Shown here piece after piece: positions 53,477 through 63,582 of a DNA stretch of 64,000 bases. The stretch is from Tubiluchus corallicola (taxonomy: Eukaryota > Animalia > Priapulida). A program made the translations under genes and the position numbers. The DNA lies in contig JAQGDQ010002389.1 in NCBI GenBank assembly GCA_030141605.1, forward strand, positions 62,001-126,000. Direction: 5' to 3'. The notes below the pieces were generated by a model. The model had not been told where the DNA came from and searched no databases. It saw nothing but the letters and a program-made list of their open reading frames with translations. How positions within the stretch are numbered: position 1 is the stretch's first letter; each line of letters begins with the position of its first letter.

Positions 53477-53881
53477 ATAATTCATCTAATTATAAAACTT
53501 ATACTTAAATACGATTATATTTTATATACAAAATAGCTACAATTTTAAGGAGAGTTACAGTAAAGGGATTTTTGAGCTTATAACGACTATCTCACTATCA
53601 GCAGAGATAGCCCCTATTCTCTATAGATGGCCAGATAAAATAGCCCTGTTTTATAGAGGAGTTATAGTGCTAGATCTATAGCCATTATAAATCAGGCTGG
53701 CATAAAAATAGAAAATATATTCTCATTTAAAATATAGTGTAAATTTTCTCTACTTGGTAATATACTTTCTTAAAATACTGTTTATATGATTATTTTTATT
53801 TGTTATATTTTACTTATTGTTTTTATCTGTTATACTCCATATTTCTTTACTCTTAATCTACGCAAATGAGGATCACCTATA

Positions 53882-54613
53882 ATGAAAACAACATATAAAT
53901 CTTTAATTTTTTTATTAGGAATCGCATCTACTTGTTTTGCTTTCAATTCCGCGCACGCATTCGTCAGCGGAGGATTTTATACACCTGATCAAGGATTCTA
54001 TACAAAAGGGGCTATTTCATATGTACGATCTGTTGACAGAGCAGAATATGAAGGAACACCCTCCAACCAGTTCACATATATTGATTCCGTTTTCTATAAA
54101 GGAACCGGAAGAAGATTTGACGGTGACGTTGGTCTTAATGCAGCTATTGGCTATCGTTTTTCTCCCATGTTTCGTGTGGAAGTTGAAGGAGGTTGGTTTA
54201 AAAATCAATTAAACGCCAAAAATATCGGCATAGACTTCAAAACTCGCTTCGAAAGCAAATCACTCATGGGAAATATCTTGATTGATATACCAACAAGAAT
54301 GAACGCGACGCCCTATTTCGGTGGCGGTTATGGACTTATACATATAAAAACAGATAATGATTACGAATCTATTCTTCCTACTGTTGGCATCGGAACCTAT
54401 GGAGCAAGCGAGCAGGTAAAAGGGGGGCAAGCTATTGCCGGTATCGCATTTAAAGTTCGCCATAATCTAGAACTCCTAATGGAATATAAGCTTCTCTTTA
54501 CAGAAGATGCCGAATTTGATGCCCCTGATATCGGAGGCAACGGTGCTTTTTTAGAAAAATATGGCTATGATATGACTCACCATTTTGGTGTAGGATTCCG
54601 TTATTCCTTCTAA
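53882..54613 (+). CDS. Outer-membrane beta-barrel protein, paralog 2
   Basis: Signal peptide (..SAHA), AIGYR, RVEVEGGW, LMGNILIDIP, PYFGGGYG, QAIAGIAFK, GVGFRYSF. Confidence 0.87.
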   Translation: MKTTYKSLIFLLGIASTCFAFNSAHAFVSGGFYTPDQGFYTKGAISYVRSVDRAEYEGTPSNQFTYIDSVFYKGTGRRFDGDVGLNAAIGYRFSPMFRVEVEGGWFKNQLNAKNIGIDFKTRFESKSLMGNILIDIPTRMNATPYFGGGYGLIHIKTDNDYESILPTVGIGTYGASEQVKGGQAIAGIAFKVRHNLELLMEYKLLFTEDAEFDAPDIGGNGAFLEKYGYDMTHHFGVGFRYSF

Positions 54614-54636
54614 AATTAAACTATTCTACTCATAAT

Positions 54637-54672
54637 AAAAGCTGTCTGCATAAGTAGCAAGGCAGCTTTTTT
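54637..54672. terminator. Bidirectional terminator between OMP paralog 2 and polA
   Basis: AAAAGCTGTCTGC...GCAAGGCAGCTTTTTT. Confidence 0.75.
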
Positions 54673-54705
54673 TGTGTACCTACGCAAATGAAAACCCTTA
54701 ATGGG

Positions 54706-57534
54706 CTAATGCGCCTCTGACCAATTACTTCCAGCCGAAACATCCACACGTAAAGGAACGTCTAAAGCCGCTATATTTTCCATCTCTTCCTTTAACAGAT
54801 TAATAACATTTTTCTGCTCATCCATAGGAGCCTCCAATACAATCTCATCATGAACCTGCAATAACATCCGAGCTCGAAAGCCCCTTTCTTTGAGTACATC
54901 ATAAATACGTATCATCGCAAGTTTCATAATATCAGCAGCCCCCCCCTGGATAGGCGCGTTAATTGCCGCGCGTTCCGCAAAAGCACGCCTGTTCCCATTC
55001 TTATGAAGAATCTCCGGTATATAACATCGACGTCCATATAATGTCTGAACATACCCTAAACGACGCGCTTGTTCTTTTGTTCTTTCCATATATTGGCGCA
55101 CGCCAGGAAAGCGCTCAAACCATTTTTCAATATATATACCAGCTTCTTCAGAAGAAATATTAAGCTGGCGCGCTAAACCAAAACGAGAAATTCCATAAAT
55201 AATTCCAAAATTAATCGCTTTTGCTTGGCGTCGCACCATCGCATCAACCTTTTCCAAAGGAATATTAAAAACCTCTGAGGCCGTCATGGCGTGAATATCT
55301 TTTTCCTCATAAAACGCAGCCTGCAACGCCTCCATATGAGCGACATGAGATAATAAACGAAGTTCAATCTGTGAATAATCAGCAGAAACAAGACAATAGC
55401 CTTCCCGAGCGATAAAACAACGCCGTATGTAACGCCCCTCTTCCGTTCGAATCGGAATATTTTGTAAATTGGGAGAAGAAGACGCTAAACGGCCAGTCGA
55501 TGTTCCCGCCATAGAAAATGAAGTGTGAACCCGCCCTGTATCAGGGTTAATCTGCTTTATTAAAGAGCGTGCATAAGTGCTCTGAAGTTTCGAAAGTTGA
55601 CGCCAAATCAAAAGGCGCTTTGCAATCTCATGACCGGAATCCGCCAAGGATTCAAGAACATTTGCTCTGGTAACCCATGCGCCAGATTTGCCCCTTTTCC
55701 CCCCTGGTAATTGAAGGCGCTCAAATAAGATTTCTCCCAATTGCGCAGGAGAAGCTATATTAAACTCCTGGCCAGCAAGCTCATAAATTTCCGCAGAAAA
55801 CTCCATTAACTGAGCAGAAAAAAGCCTGTCTAAGCGAGATAGTTCTTCAGAGTCAACAAGCACACCTTCCCGCTCCATCTCTTTTAAAATATAAATTAAC
55901 GGACGCTCCATTCCTTCATAAACCGACAAAAGAGATTCATAAGGAAGCTGTGGTTTTAAAATATGATGCAACCTCAATGTAACATCAGCATCCTCAGCAG
56001 CATAATCACACGCAACCTCCAAAGGAACCTTATCAAAAGTAATCTTCTGACGACCCGTCCCAACAATCGACTGATAACGGATCGTTTTCTTCCCTAAATA
56101 AAGCGAAGATAACTCATCCATATTATGATGATGTGAACTCCCTTTCAAAACATGAGAAATAACCATCGTATCATCACAAGGTACAATATCAATACCATAA
56201 CGCCCTAAAACATGCATATCATATTTAATATTCTGCCCTATCTTTAAAACAGACCTATCTTCCAATAAAGGCTTTAAAATCTTCATAGCAGAATAGAGCT
56301 CAATCTGCTGCACCTCTTCTTTTTCTTCTTCCACTTCTAAAAAACCTAGGTCCTGCTGCCCCTTATCCTCTTTTCCCTGATGACCCAAAGGGATATAATA
56401 AGATTCCCCAAATCGCCAACATAGAGAAACGCCAACAAGATCCGACTGCAAAGCATCCAAACCATTGGTCTCTGTATCAACAGCAACATATCCACACGCT
56501 TTCGCCCGATCCACACAAACCTTAAGATCATCTAGCGTCTGAATGAGAGAATAATCCTCCCGCTCAACAAAAGGAGGCAAAGGAAGATGAAAACGCTTTT
56601 CTTCACTTGTCTCCTCCTCCAAAAGAGGTTGTTTCTCTTCTATAGAGGCGCCTCCTTCCTCAACCCTAGAAGAGACACTATGCTTTGCCGATATCGCACT
56701 GACAAGCGAACGAAATCCTTGCTTTTGCAAAAAACTAATCAGCTTTTCCGGATCATAAGAAGAAAATTGTAACTCTTCCATAACAATTTCTAAAGGAATA
56801 TCACACTGTAAAGTAACAAGCTTCTTGGACAGCAATGCTAAATCCGCTTCTTCCAAAAGCTTTTGTCGCCTTTTAGGCTGCTTGATCTCATGAGCGTGTT
56901 TAAGTAGGTTTTCTAGCGTTCCATAAAGAGTAATCAGCATAGCCGCTGTCTTTACGCCAATACCACTAACACCAGGAATATTGTCACTTCGATCCCCAGC
57001 AAGAGCCTGAACATCAACAACCTTATCCGGAGAAACACCAAACTTTTCCACAACAGCCTCAGGACCAATATAACGCTTCTTAAGAGGATCAAACATTTTG
57101 ACCCCATCCTGAATTAATTGCATAATATCCTTATCCGAAGAAACGATAATCGTCTCAAGACCTTCCCGCAAGGCTTTATGTGCCAAAGTAGCAATCAAAT
57201 CATCTGCTTCAAACCCCTCATACTCGACAGCAGATAGATCCAAAACATCAACAGCTTCACGCACAAGAGGAAATTGAGGAACAAGATCTTCAGGAAGAGG
57301 CGGTCTGTGCGCTTTATATTCCGGCCATATCGCGCTGCGAAACGTGGGCGCCTTATGATCAAACACAACCACAATACCATCTTCCTCTTGAAGCAATTCA
57401 AGAAGATTCATCAGCATCTTGACAAACCCAAAAACAGCATTTACAGGAACACCATCCTGACGTCGCATGGGAGGAAGAGCATGAAATGCACGAAAAATAA
57501 ACCCTGAAACATCAACAAGCCAAAGGCGCTTCAT
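54706..57534 (-). CDS. polA: DNA polymerase I
   Basis: 5'-3' exo (FRAFHALP, EADD), 3'-5' exo (DTET, YAAEDAD), polymerase motifs (TGRLASSSPNLQNIP, ADYSQIELR, NFGIIYG, QVHDE). Confidence 0.99.
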   Translation of the reverse strand: MKRLWLVDVSGFIFRAFHALPPMRRQDGVPVNAVFGFVKMLMNLLELLQEEDGIVVVFDHKAPTFRSAIWPEYKAHRPPLPEDLVPQFPLVREAVDVLDLSAVEYEGFEADDLIATLAHKALREGLETIIVSSDKDIMQLIQDGVKMFDPLKKRYIGPEAVVEKFGVSPDKVVDVQALAGDRSDNIPGVSGIGVKTAAMLITLYGTLENLLKHAHEIKQPKRRQKLLEEADLALLSKKLVTLQCDIPLEIVMEELQFSSYDPEKLISFLQKQGFRSLVSAISAKHSVSSRVEEGGASIEEKQPLLEEETSEEKRFHLPLPPFVEREDYSLIQTLDDLKVCVDRAKACGYVAVDTETNGLDALQSDLVGVSLCWRFGESYYIPLGHQGKEDKGQQDLGFLEVEEEKEEVQQIELYSAMKILKPLLEDRSVLKIGQNIKYDMHVLGRYGIDIVPCDDTMVISHVLKGSSHHHNMDELSSLYLGKKTIRYQSIVGTGRQKITFDKVPLEVACDYAAEDADVTLRLHHILKPQLPYESLLSVYEGMERPLIYILKEMEREGVLVDSEELSRLDRLFSAQLMEFSAEIYELAGQEFNIASPAQLGEILFERLQLPGGKRGKSGAWVTRANVLESLADSGHEIAKRLLIWRQLSKLQSTYARSLIKQINPDTGRVHTSFSMAGTSTGRLASSSPNLQNIPIRTEEGRYIRRCFIAREGYCLVSADYSQIELRLLSHVAHMEALQAAFYEEKDIHAMTASEVFNIPLEKVDAMVRRQAKAINFGIIYGISRFGLARQLNISSEEAGIYIEKWFERFPGVRQYMERTKEQARRLGYVQTLYGRRCYIPEILHKNGNRRAFAERAAINAPIQGGAADIMKLAMIRIYDVLKERGFRARMLLQVHDEIVLEAPMDEQKNVINLLKEEMENIAALDVPLRVDVSAGSNWSEAH

Positions 57535-57685
57535 CGTTTCATCGCCTTATATTTTACCATCGACAAACTCCTATGAAATATTCAATAAATATACACTTAT
57601 CTATCAAAAAAACATAGAAAATTATAAAAACGTAAAAATAACCTACCATACAGTTAATATCGCTTGCCTCAGGAGCATTAAAAAC

Positions 57686-57928
57686 TTACTGTTTATCTAA
57701 AGAAAGATGAGAAAATCCTATAAATTTAGAAGGAGAATTTAAAGAATATTCCTTCTTTTCTTCTAGAACAAAACGACACGAGCAGTAAGGACAAATAATT
57801 TCGTTCTCTGTAGGCTCCATCAGTAGATAAACACCAGGGTGTGCTAAACGTCTACTTCCTCCGCAACAAAAAACACGCCGCGTTTTTACAAAAAAAGTCT
57901 CGACAGTTTTACTCTTTTGTTCTAACAT
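57686..57928 (-). CDS. zf-CHCC zinc-finger protein (NDUFS6-like)
   Basis: VFCCGG...HPGVYL...CPYC..RF. Confidence 0.8.
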   Translation of the reverse strand: MLEQKSKTVETFFVKTRRVFCCGGSRRLAHPGVYLLMEPTENEIICPYCSCRFVLEEKKEYSLNSPSKFIGFSHLSLDKQ

Positions 57929-58396
57929 AGCTTAATAACCTCAATAATTTATAATTTTGACAGCACCATGGCTTTAGCAAATCTATAAAGGCTTATATGA
58001 TTAATTATAAAGTTTAATATTAAGGTACTACCTGATGCATTTTTTCAAAAAAAAGCATAAATATTAATAAGTTGTCATTGAAAATCAACGCTTTAACAAT
58101 GAAAATTAAGCACTAACTGTCTAAAATAGTAAATTGTTTAATATAACTATATTAAAGGTTAAGTGCCTCCCTTAAAATTTAAGGCATTTATTATTTTTTA
58201 CTTTAAATATATGTTATTTATATATATACAACTATTTGTACATATATTTATTATATATACAACAAAAAAATAGAAAAAACAATAAAAAATAATTAAAAAC
58301 AATATGATATAAAAATATCTTTTGTAAAATACGATAATTTTATTTGAACTATAACTATTAAAAATAGTATCGTTTAACTAACTGTGGAGACTTAAA

Positions 58397-59692
58397 ATGC
58401 CAGAGATGAAAAAAGCTGTAAAAAATACTTTTACCTTCATAAATAATGAAACAAATGAAACATTTGAATTTCCTGTGTACGAAGGAAGCATAGGTCCAGA
58501 TGTTGTTGATATCAGTAAATTTTACCAGAAAACAGGTTGCTTTACATACGATCCAGGCTTTACATCAACCGCATCATGCGAGTCAAAAATTACTTATATC
58601 GATGGAGAAAAAGGAGTACTCCTTTATAGAGGATACCCTATTGAACAATTGGCAAAACATTCTAACTTTATCGACACCTGTTGGCTTCTGCTCCATGGAG
58701 AACTTCCTTCAAAAGAAGAAAGAGATTCCTTCGAATATGAAATAAAATATCACACAATGCTCAACGAACAACTTTCTTCTATGGTACGAGGGTTTCGACG
58801 AACCTCTCACCCCATGGCCATCATGACAGGAGTGTGCGGCGCATTATCCGCCTTCTATCATGATAGAATGGATATTTTCGACCCAACTTACCGCCACCAG
58901 GCAACTTGCCGGCTTATCGCAAAAATGCCCACAATCGCCGCCATGGCCTATAAATACTCATTAGGGCAACCTTTCATATACCCCGATAACACACTCAGCT
59001 ATGCAGAGAATTTCCTTCACATGATGTTCGCAACACCGTGTGAAAAATACCATGTTAATCCCCTCTTAGCAAAAACAATGGATATTATCCTCCTGCTCCA
59101 TGCTGACCACGAACAGAATGCTTCTACCTCAACCGTCCGTTTAGCAGGATCCTCACACGCAAATCCCTTTGCTTGTGTAGCAGCAGGCGTAGCGGCTCTT
59201 TGGGGACCCGCCCATGGCGGCGCCAATGAAGCTGTCCTTAATATGCTCACAGAAATCGGATCAGTTGACCATATCCATACATATATCAAACGCGCAAAAG
59301 ATCCTCAAGATCCGTTCAGATTAATGGGGTTCGGGCATCGAGTCTATAAAAATTATGATCCTCGCGCAAGAATTATGCGCCAAATGTGCCATGATGTCCT
59401 TGAGGAACTCGGTAAAAAAAATGAGCCTAAACTTAAACTCGCAATCGAACTTGAAAAAATCGCTCTTGAAGACTCCTACTTTGTCGAAAGAAAACTCTAC
59501 CCTAACGTCGACTTTTACTCAGGGATCATCTTTGAGGCTATGAATATTCCCCTTTCTATGTTCACTGTCTTTTTTGCTGTCGCGCGAAGTATCGGATGGA
59601 TCGCACAATGGAACGAAATGATTGAAGATCCATTACAAAAAATCGGGCGACCAAGACAACTCTTTACAGGATCCAAACAAAGAGACCTCTAA
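58397..59692 (+). CDS. gltA: Citrate synthase (type II)
   Basis: [48 protein letters not shown]. Confidence 0.99.
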   Translation: MPEMKKAVKNTFTFINNETNETFEFPVYEGSIGPDVVDISKFYQKTGCFTYDPGFTSTASCESKITYIDGEKGVLLYRGYPIEQLAKHSNFIDTCWLLLHGELPSKEERDSFEYEIKYHTMLNEQLSSMVRGFRRTSHPMAIMTGVCGALSAFYHDRMDIFDPTYRHQATCRLIAKMPTIAAMAYKYSLGQPFIYPDNTLSYAENFLHMMFATPCEKYHVNPLLAKTMDIILLLHADHEQNASTSTVRLAGSSHANPFACVAAGVAALWGPAHGGANEAVLNMLTEIGSVDHIHTYIKRAKDPQDPFRLMGFGHRVYKNYDPRARIMRQMCHDVLEELGKKNEPKLKLAIELEKIALEDSYFVERKLYPNVDFYSGIIFEAMNIPLSMFTVFFAVARSIGWIAQWNEMIEDPLQKIGRPRQLFTGSKQRDL

Positions 59693-59738
59693 GATAATTA
59701 AAATTTTATTATATCTCTAACGTCAACAAAAAAATTCT

Positions 59739-59765
59739 GTTAATTTTCTTTTAATATGCTACAAT
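59739..59765. promoter_or_regulatory. CtrA-box match overlapping candidate bolA-grxD promoter
   Basis: GTTAA-TTTTCTT-TTAA (TTAA-N7-TTAAC on the - strand) followed by extended -10 TGcTACAAT. Confidence 0.4.
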
Positions 59766-59833
59766 TTATAGAGCGTACAGATTGGTATGCCTCCAATAAT
59801 ACCGCTAGCATAAATTATTAAAGAGTAAAGAAC

Positions 59834-60076
59834 ATGACAATTACACCCACTGAAATTAAAACCCTTATTGAAAAAGAAATCCCTAACGCAGACGTGCATA
59901 TTGATGACTTAAATGGGGATGGAAAGCATTACGCAGCTTGGGTCGTTTCCGAGAAATTTAGAGGAAAAAGCCGCGTAGAACAGCATAAAATGGTTTATCA
60001 CGCTCTGAAAAACCATCTGGACGAAGAACTGCACGCTATCGCAATACAGACAAACCTACCGGAAATATCTTTATGA
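59834..60076 (+). CDS. BolA/IbaG family protein
   Basis: DLNGDGKHY, FRGKSRVEQHKMVY, LHAIAI; ATGA overlap with grxD. Confidence 0.93.
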   Translation: MTITPTEIKTLIEKEIPNADVHIDDLNGDGKHYAAWVVSEKFRGKSRVEQHKMVYHALKNHLDEELHAIAIQTNLPEISL

Positions 60077-60408
60077 ATCCTCCACACACAGCAATTAAAG
60101 AAAAAATAGATTCCATTATTCAAAACCACGACGTTGTCCTATTTATAAAAGGAGATTCTCAAAACCAAATGTGCGGATTCTCCGCAACTGTCGTACAGAT
60201 CATGTCTTTCCTGAAAACGTCTTTCCATGCTGTAAATGTTCTGGAAGATGAACAAATACGGCAAGAGATGAAAAGATATTCCGACTGGCCTACCTTCCCC
60301 CAACTCTATGTTAAACAAGAATTTATCGGCGGATGCGATATTATGCGGGAAATGTACGAAAGTGGAGAGCTTAAACAACTTTTTATCGACAAAAATATCC
60401 TAAGTTAA
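60073..60408 (+). CDS. grxD: Monothiol glutaredoxin Grx4
   Basis: CGFS, WPTFPQLY, GGCD. Confidence 0.96.
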   Translation: MNPPHTAIKEKIDSIIQNHDVVLFIKGDSQNQMCGFSATVVQIMSFLKTSFHAVNVLEDEQIRQEMKRYSDWPTFPQLYVKQEFIGGCDIMREMYESGELKQLFIDKNILS

Positions 60409-60440
60409 CCCTATCATAAATATATGCCCTTCCCTCTTTT

Positions 60441-61718
60441 ATGTCTTTCTCTTCATATATAAATATACATTCCGATATTTTAAAAGCCCTTAAAGCTGCT
60501 AATCTTCATTCTCCGACAGATATCCAAAAATCTGTCATTCCCGCCGCGTTGCATAAAAAAGATATTATCGGTATCGCACCAACAGGATCAGGCAAAACGC
60601 TTGCTTTCATAATACCTATTATGCAAAATATCCTTGATAATATCCCCCTCTCCACTCAAAAGGCACACACTCTTATCCTTGCTCCAACACGAGAACTCGC
60701 CTTACAAATCAGTCATGTTTTCTCTATTTTCGAAGGTATTATTCCCCATAGAAAAATCCTCATTACAGGAGGAAGACCCTATAAAAAACAAATACAAGCT
60801 CTCTTAAAACCATTGGATATTATTATCGCAACACCAGGGCGACTTCTGGAGCATATTCATCATAACCATATAGACCTCTCCGCTATCAATATCCTTATTC
60901 TTGATGAAGTCGATCGCATGCTGGATATGGGATTTATCGCAGATGTCAAAAAAATCCTCGCAATGCTCCCACCTTCCCCACAAAAAATGCTTTTTACAGC
61001 AACAATGCCCAACGATATCAAAAGACTTTCCTGCCAAATACTCTCTTCCCCCTTCTATGCTCAGTTAGCAGAAATTCAAGATAAACATGCCGATATCAGG
61101 CAAGAGCTCTTTCTTACACATAATTATAACCAAAAAAAATCTCTCCTTTTAAATATACTTAACCAGAAAAATACCCACCAAGCCATCATCTTTACCTCAA
61201 CACAAAACAGTGTCGAAGAACTTTATTATTGGCTTGAAAATAATTGTGGGTTTCCATGCGCTAAACTCCATGGAAATATGAATCAAAGCAGCCGGAAACA
61301 ATCACTCGCCAGCTTACGACAAAAAAAAATCGTCTGCCTTATCGCTACAGATCTCGCCTCTCGTGGTCTTGATATTCCTTCTGTCACTCATGTGATTAAT
61401 TTCGACCTTCCCACAGCTGCAGAAGACTACATACACCGCATCGGAAGAACAGGACGCGCTGGAATAAGCGGAACAGCAATCTCTTTCGCCAGCCCTGCCG
61501 ATAGAAGTAAACTCAACTCTATTGAACAAAGGTTAGGATGGCGTATTCCACGAATGTCCATACAAAATCCATCTCAAGACGAACAAAAACTTCCTCCCAA
61601 AAAAGACTCGACTCTTAAAAAAACTCACCAGAAAATAACACGGAAAAAAGCAAAAAATATTGTTAAAAAAAGGCGCACTGTTAATCGCAACACAAAAAAG
61701 AACTCCAGCAGGCGCTAA
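60441..61718 (+). CDS. DEAD-box RNA helicase (RhlE-like)
   Basis: APTGSGKT, PTRELA, TPGRL, DEVD, TAT, RGLD, HRIGRTGR; basic C-tail. Confidence 0.94.
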   Translation: MSFSSYINIHSDILKALKAANLHSPTDIQKSVIPAALHKKDIIGIAPTGSGKTLAFIIPIMQNILDNIPLSTQKAHTLILAPTRELALQISHVFSIFEGIIPHRKILITGGRPYKKQIQALLKPLDIIIATPGRLLEHIHHNHIDLSAINILILDEVDRMLDMGFIADVKKILAMLPPSPQKMLFTATMPNDIKRLSCQILSSPFYAQLAEIQDKHADIRQELFLTHNYNQKKSLLLNILNQKNTHQAIIFTSTQNSVEELYYWLENNCGFPCAKLHGNMNQSSRKQSLASLRQKKIVCLIATDLASRGLDIPSVTHVINFDLPTAAEDYIHRIGRTGRAGISGTAISFASPADRSKLNSIEQRLGWRIPRMSIQNPSQDEQKLPPKKDSTLKKTHQKITRKKAKNIVKKRRTVNRNTKKNSSRR

Positions 61719-62635
61719 TCTCCCTCTTTGAGAAAATCAGTACGATACACCGCAATAGCCTCTAAAGGCGGCAATGTATGGCATCCACCACTTTCCAAGG
61801 TCGAAATTCCCCCTATAATATTCCCTTCCCTTAAAGAATCGCGAAAAGGTGCGCCAGAAAGCCATGAAGATAAAAAACCCGCCACAAAAGCATCACCCGC
61901 TCCCGTCGTGTCAACAACAGGTAAATCCAGCGCAGAAACATGATAACGCTCCCCTTTATAATAGCCGTAAACACCTCGCTGGCCACAGGTGATAATCATT
62001 ATCTTAAAATAAGGCTTTAAAACTTCTAAAGCCTCTTCTACAGTCTTCTGATTCGTTAAGGCCATCGCTTCATCAGCATTTGGCATAAAAATATCAACCC
62101 CCTCACTCTTCTTTATAAAGGCCTCTAAAGGAAGTTCGGCAGATTCCCACCCAATATCAAGCGAAACCGTTATACCATACTCTGCCTTCTTTACAGCCAG
62201 GGAAGAGGCATTCTCCAAATAATCCAATCCACAAAAATGCAAATGGCGAAAATGTTCTGGAAAATAATCACACACATCCCACGATGGTGATGGTTTAACA
62301 TACGTCACCATCGCTCTATCGCCCTCGTGAGGCAATATGGCGGTCACTTTCGGCAAGGAATCATCCCGCTCAATCATATAAGACATATTTACATGAGAGT
62401 CTTTCATGTAGCGCTTAACCTCAAGGCTGAAAAGATCAGTGCCAATATCATCAATATGAGCAACACTGCATCCCAAATGCGACAACCATACACTTGTTGA
62501 AAAACCGCCTCCAGGAGAAATTGTCAAGCCATCCGCAAAAAATTCACGACCCGCTTCAGGCAAATGTTCAATATTCTCAAAAACCAAATCGCAAAATACT
62601 GTCCCGCTGACAACAATATCAACTTTCTGCTCCAC
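61715..62635 (-). CDS. PfkB-family carbohydrate kinase
   Basis: PGGG, FMPNADEA, DTTGAGDAFVAG; downstream of nagB. Confidence 0.92.
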   Translation of the reverse strand: MEQKVDIVVSGTVFCDLVFENIEHLPEAGREFFADGLTISPGGGFSTSVWLSHLGCSVAHIDDIGTDLFSLEVKRYMKDSHVNMSYMIERDDSLPKVTAILPHEGDRAMVTYVKPSPSWDVCDYFPEHFRHLHFCGLDYLENASSLAVKKAEYGITVSLDIGWESAELPLEAFIKKSEGVDIFMPNADEAMALTNQKTVEEALEVLKPYFKIMIITCGQRGVYGYYKGERYHVSALDLPVVDTTGAGDAFVAGFLSSWLSGAPFRDSLREGNIIGGISTLESGGCHTLPPLEAIAVYRTDFLKEGD

Positions 62636-62670
62636 CTTGTCCCCTTTGATTCATATATCATTTAAAAAAA

Positions 62671-63492
62671 CTAACGATACAATCCATCGATTAACGAATC
62701 AACATTCAGATAATCTTTTTCGACTTCCTTAAAATGATGATACGTTTTAACTTTTAACTCATAGGCCGCTTCTTCATCAATAACAAGAATTGCAGAAGGA
62801 TGCAATTGAAGCGCAGAAATCGTCCACATATGATTGATTCCTTTCTCAATCGCATGCTTGATAGCACGCGCCTTCTTCACACCACTCGCCATAATAACAA
62901 CTTCCTGCGCATCTAAAAATGTCGCCACACCAATCGTCATCGCTAGGGTCGGGACCTGCTCAATATCATTATTAAAAAAACGCGCATTAGATGAACGTGT
63001 TGTCAGCGTTAACTCCTTATCACGAGTCCGAGATTGTAACGACGATCCCGCCTCATTAAATGCTAAATGGCCATCATCTCCTACACCACCAATAAAAAGA
63101 TGAACCCCTCCATAAGAACGAATACACTCTTCATACCGCCGCCCTTCCGCTTTTAAATCTTTCGCAAGACCATCAGGAATATTGATATTCTTATCAGAAA
63201 TATCAATATGCTTAAAAAAAGTTTCATACATATAAAAATGATAGCTTTGTGGATGAGAGGGATCAAGACCAACATACTCATCCATATTAAAAGTAATAAC
63301 ATGACGAAAACTTAAAAGACCATCTTGGTAAAATTTTATCAGCTGGCGATACATAGGAAGAGGAGTACCCCCTGTCGGCAAACCTAAAATAAATGGCGAA
63401 TCCTCCGTAGGAGAAAAAGAGCGAATCTTCTGAAGAATATAATAAGCAACCCATTTTCCATAATCCTCTTGCGATGTAATCACAACACGCAT
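62671..63492 (-). CDS. nagB: Glucosamine-6-phosphate deaminase
   Basis: LGLPTGGTP, TFNMDEYVGL, DGHLAFNE, NARFF, SALQLH. Start moved to ATG 63492 (AAGGAG RBS). Confidence 0.96.
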   Translation of the reverse strand: MRVVITSQEDYGKWVAYYILQKIRSFSPTEDSPFILGLPTGGTPLPMYRQLIKFYQDGLLSFRHVITFNMDEYVGLDPSHPQSYHFYMYETFFKHIDISDKNINIPDGLAKDLKAEGRRYEECIRSYGGVHLFIGGVGDDGHLAFNEAGSSLQSRTRDKELTLTTRSSNARFFNNDIEQVPTLAMTIGVATFLDAQEVVIMASGVKKARAIKHAIEKGINHMWTISALQLHPSAILVIDEEAAYELKVKTYHHFKEVEKDYLNVDSLIDGLYR

Positions 63493-63582
63493 ATAGCTAT
63501 TCTCCTTCAACCATACAAGCAAAAATCTCAATAAATAACATAATAAAATGTCTCTTTTATAAAATATACAAATAGAGTACTC

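Noticed and set aside
53600-53700. Possible degenerate CRISPR mini-array
   Set aside because: Repeats too short and divergent, period too small, and no cas genes.
57929-58396. Possible replication origin (long AT-rich gap)
   Set aside because: No DnaA-box cluster seen and no skew switch.
63493-63531. Upstream extension of nagB in ORF track
   Set aside because: Contains the AAGGAG RBS for ATG 63492, where NagB similarity starts.
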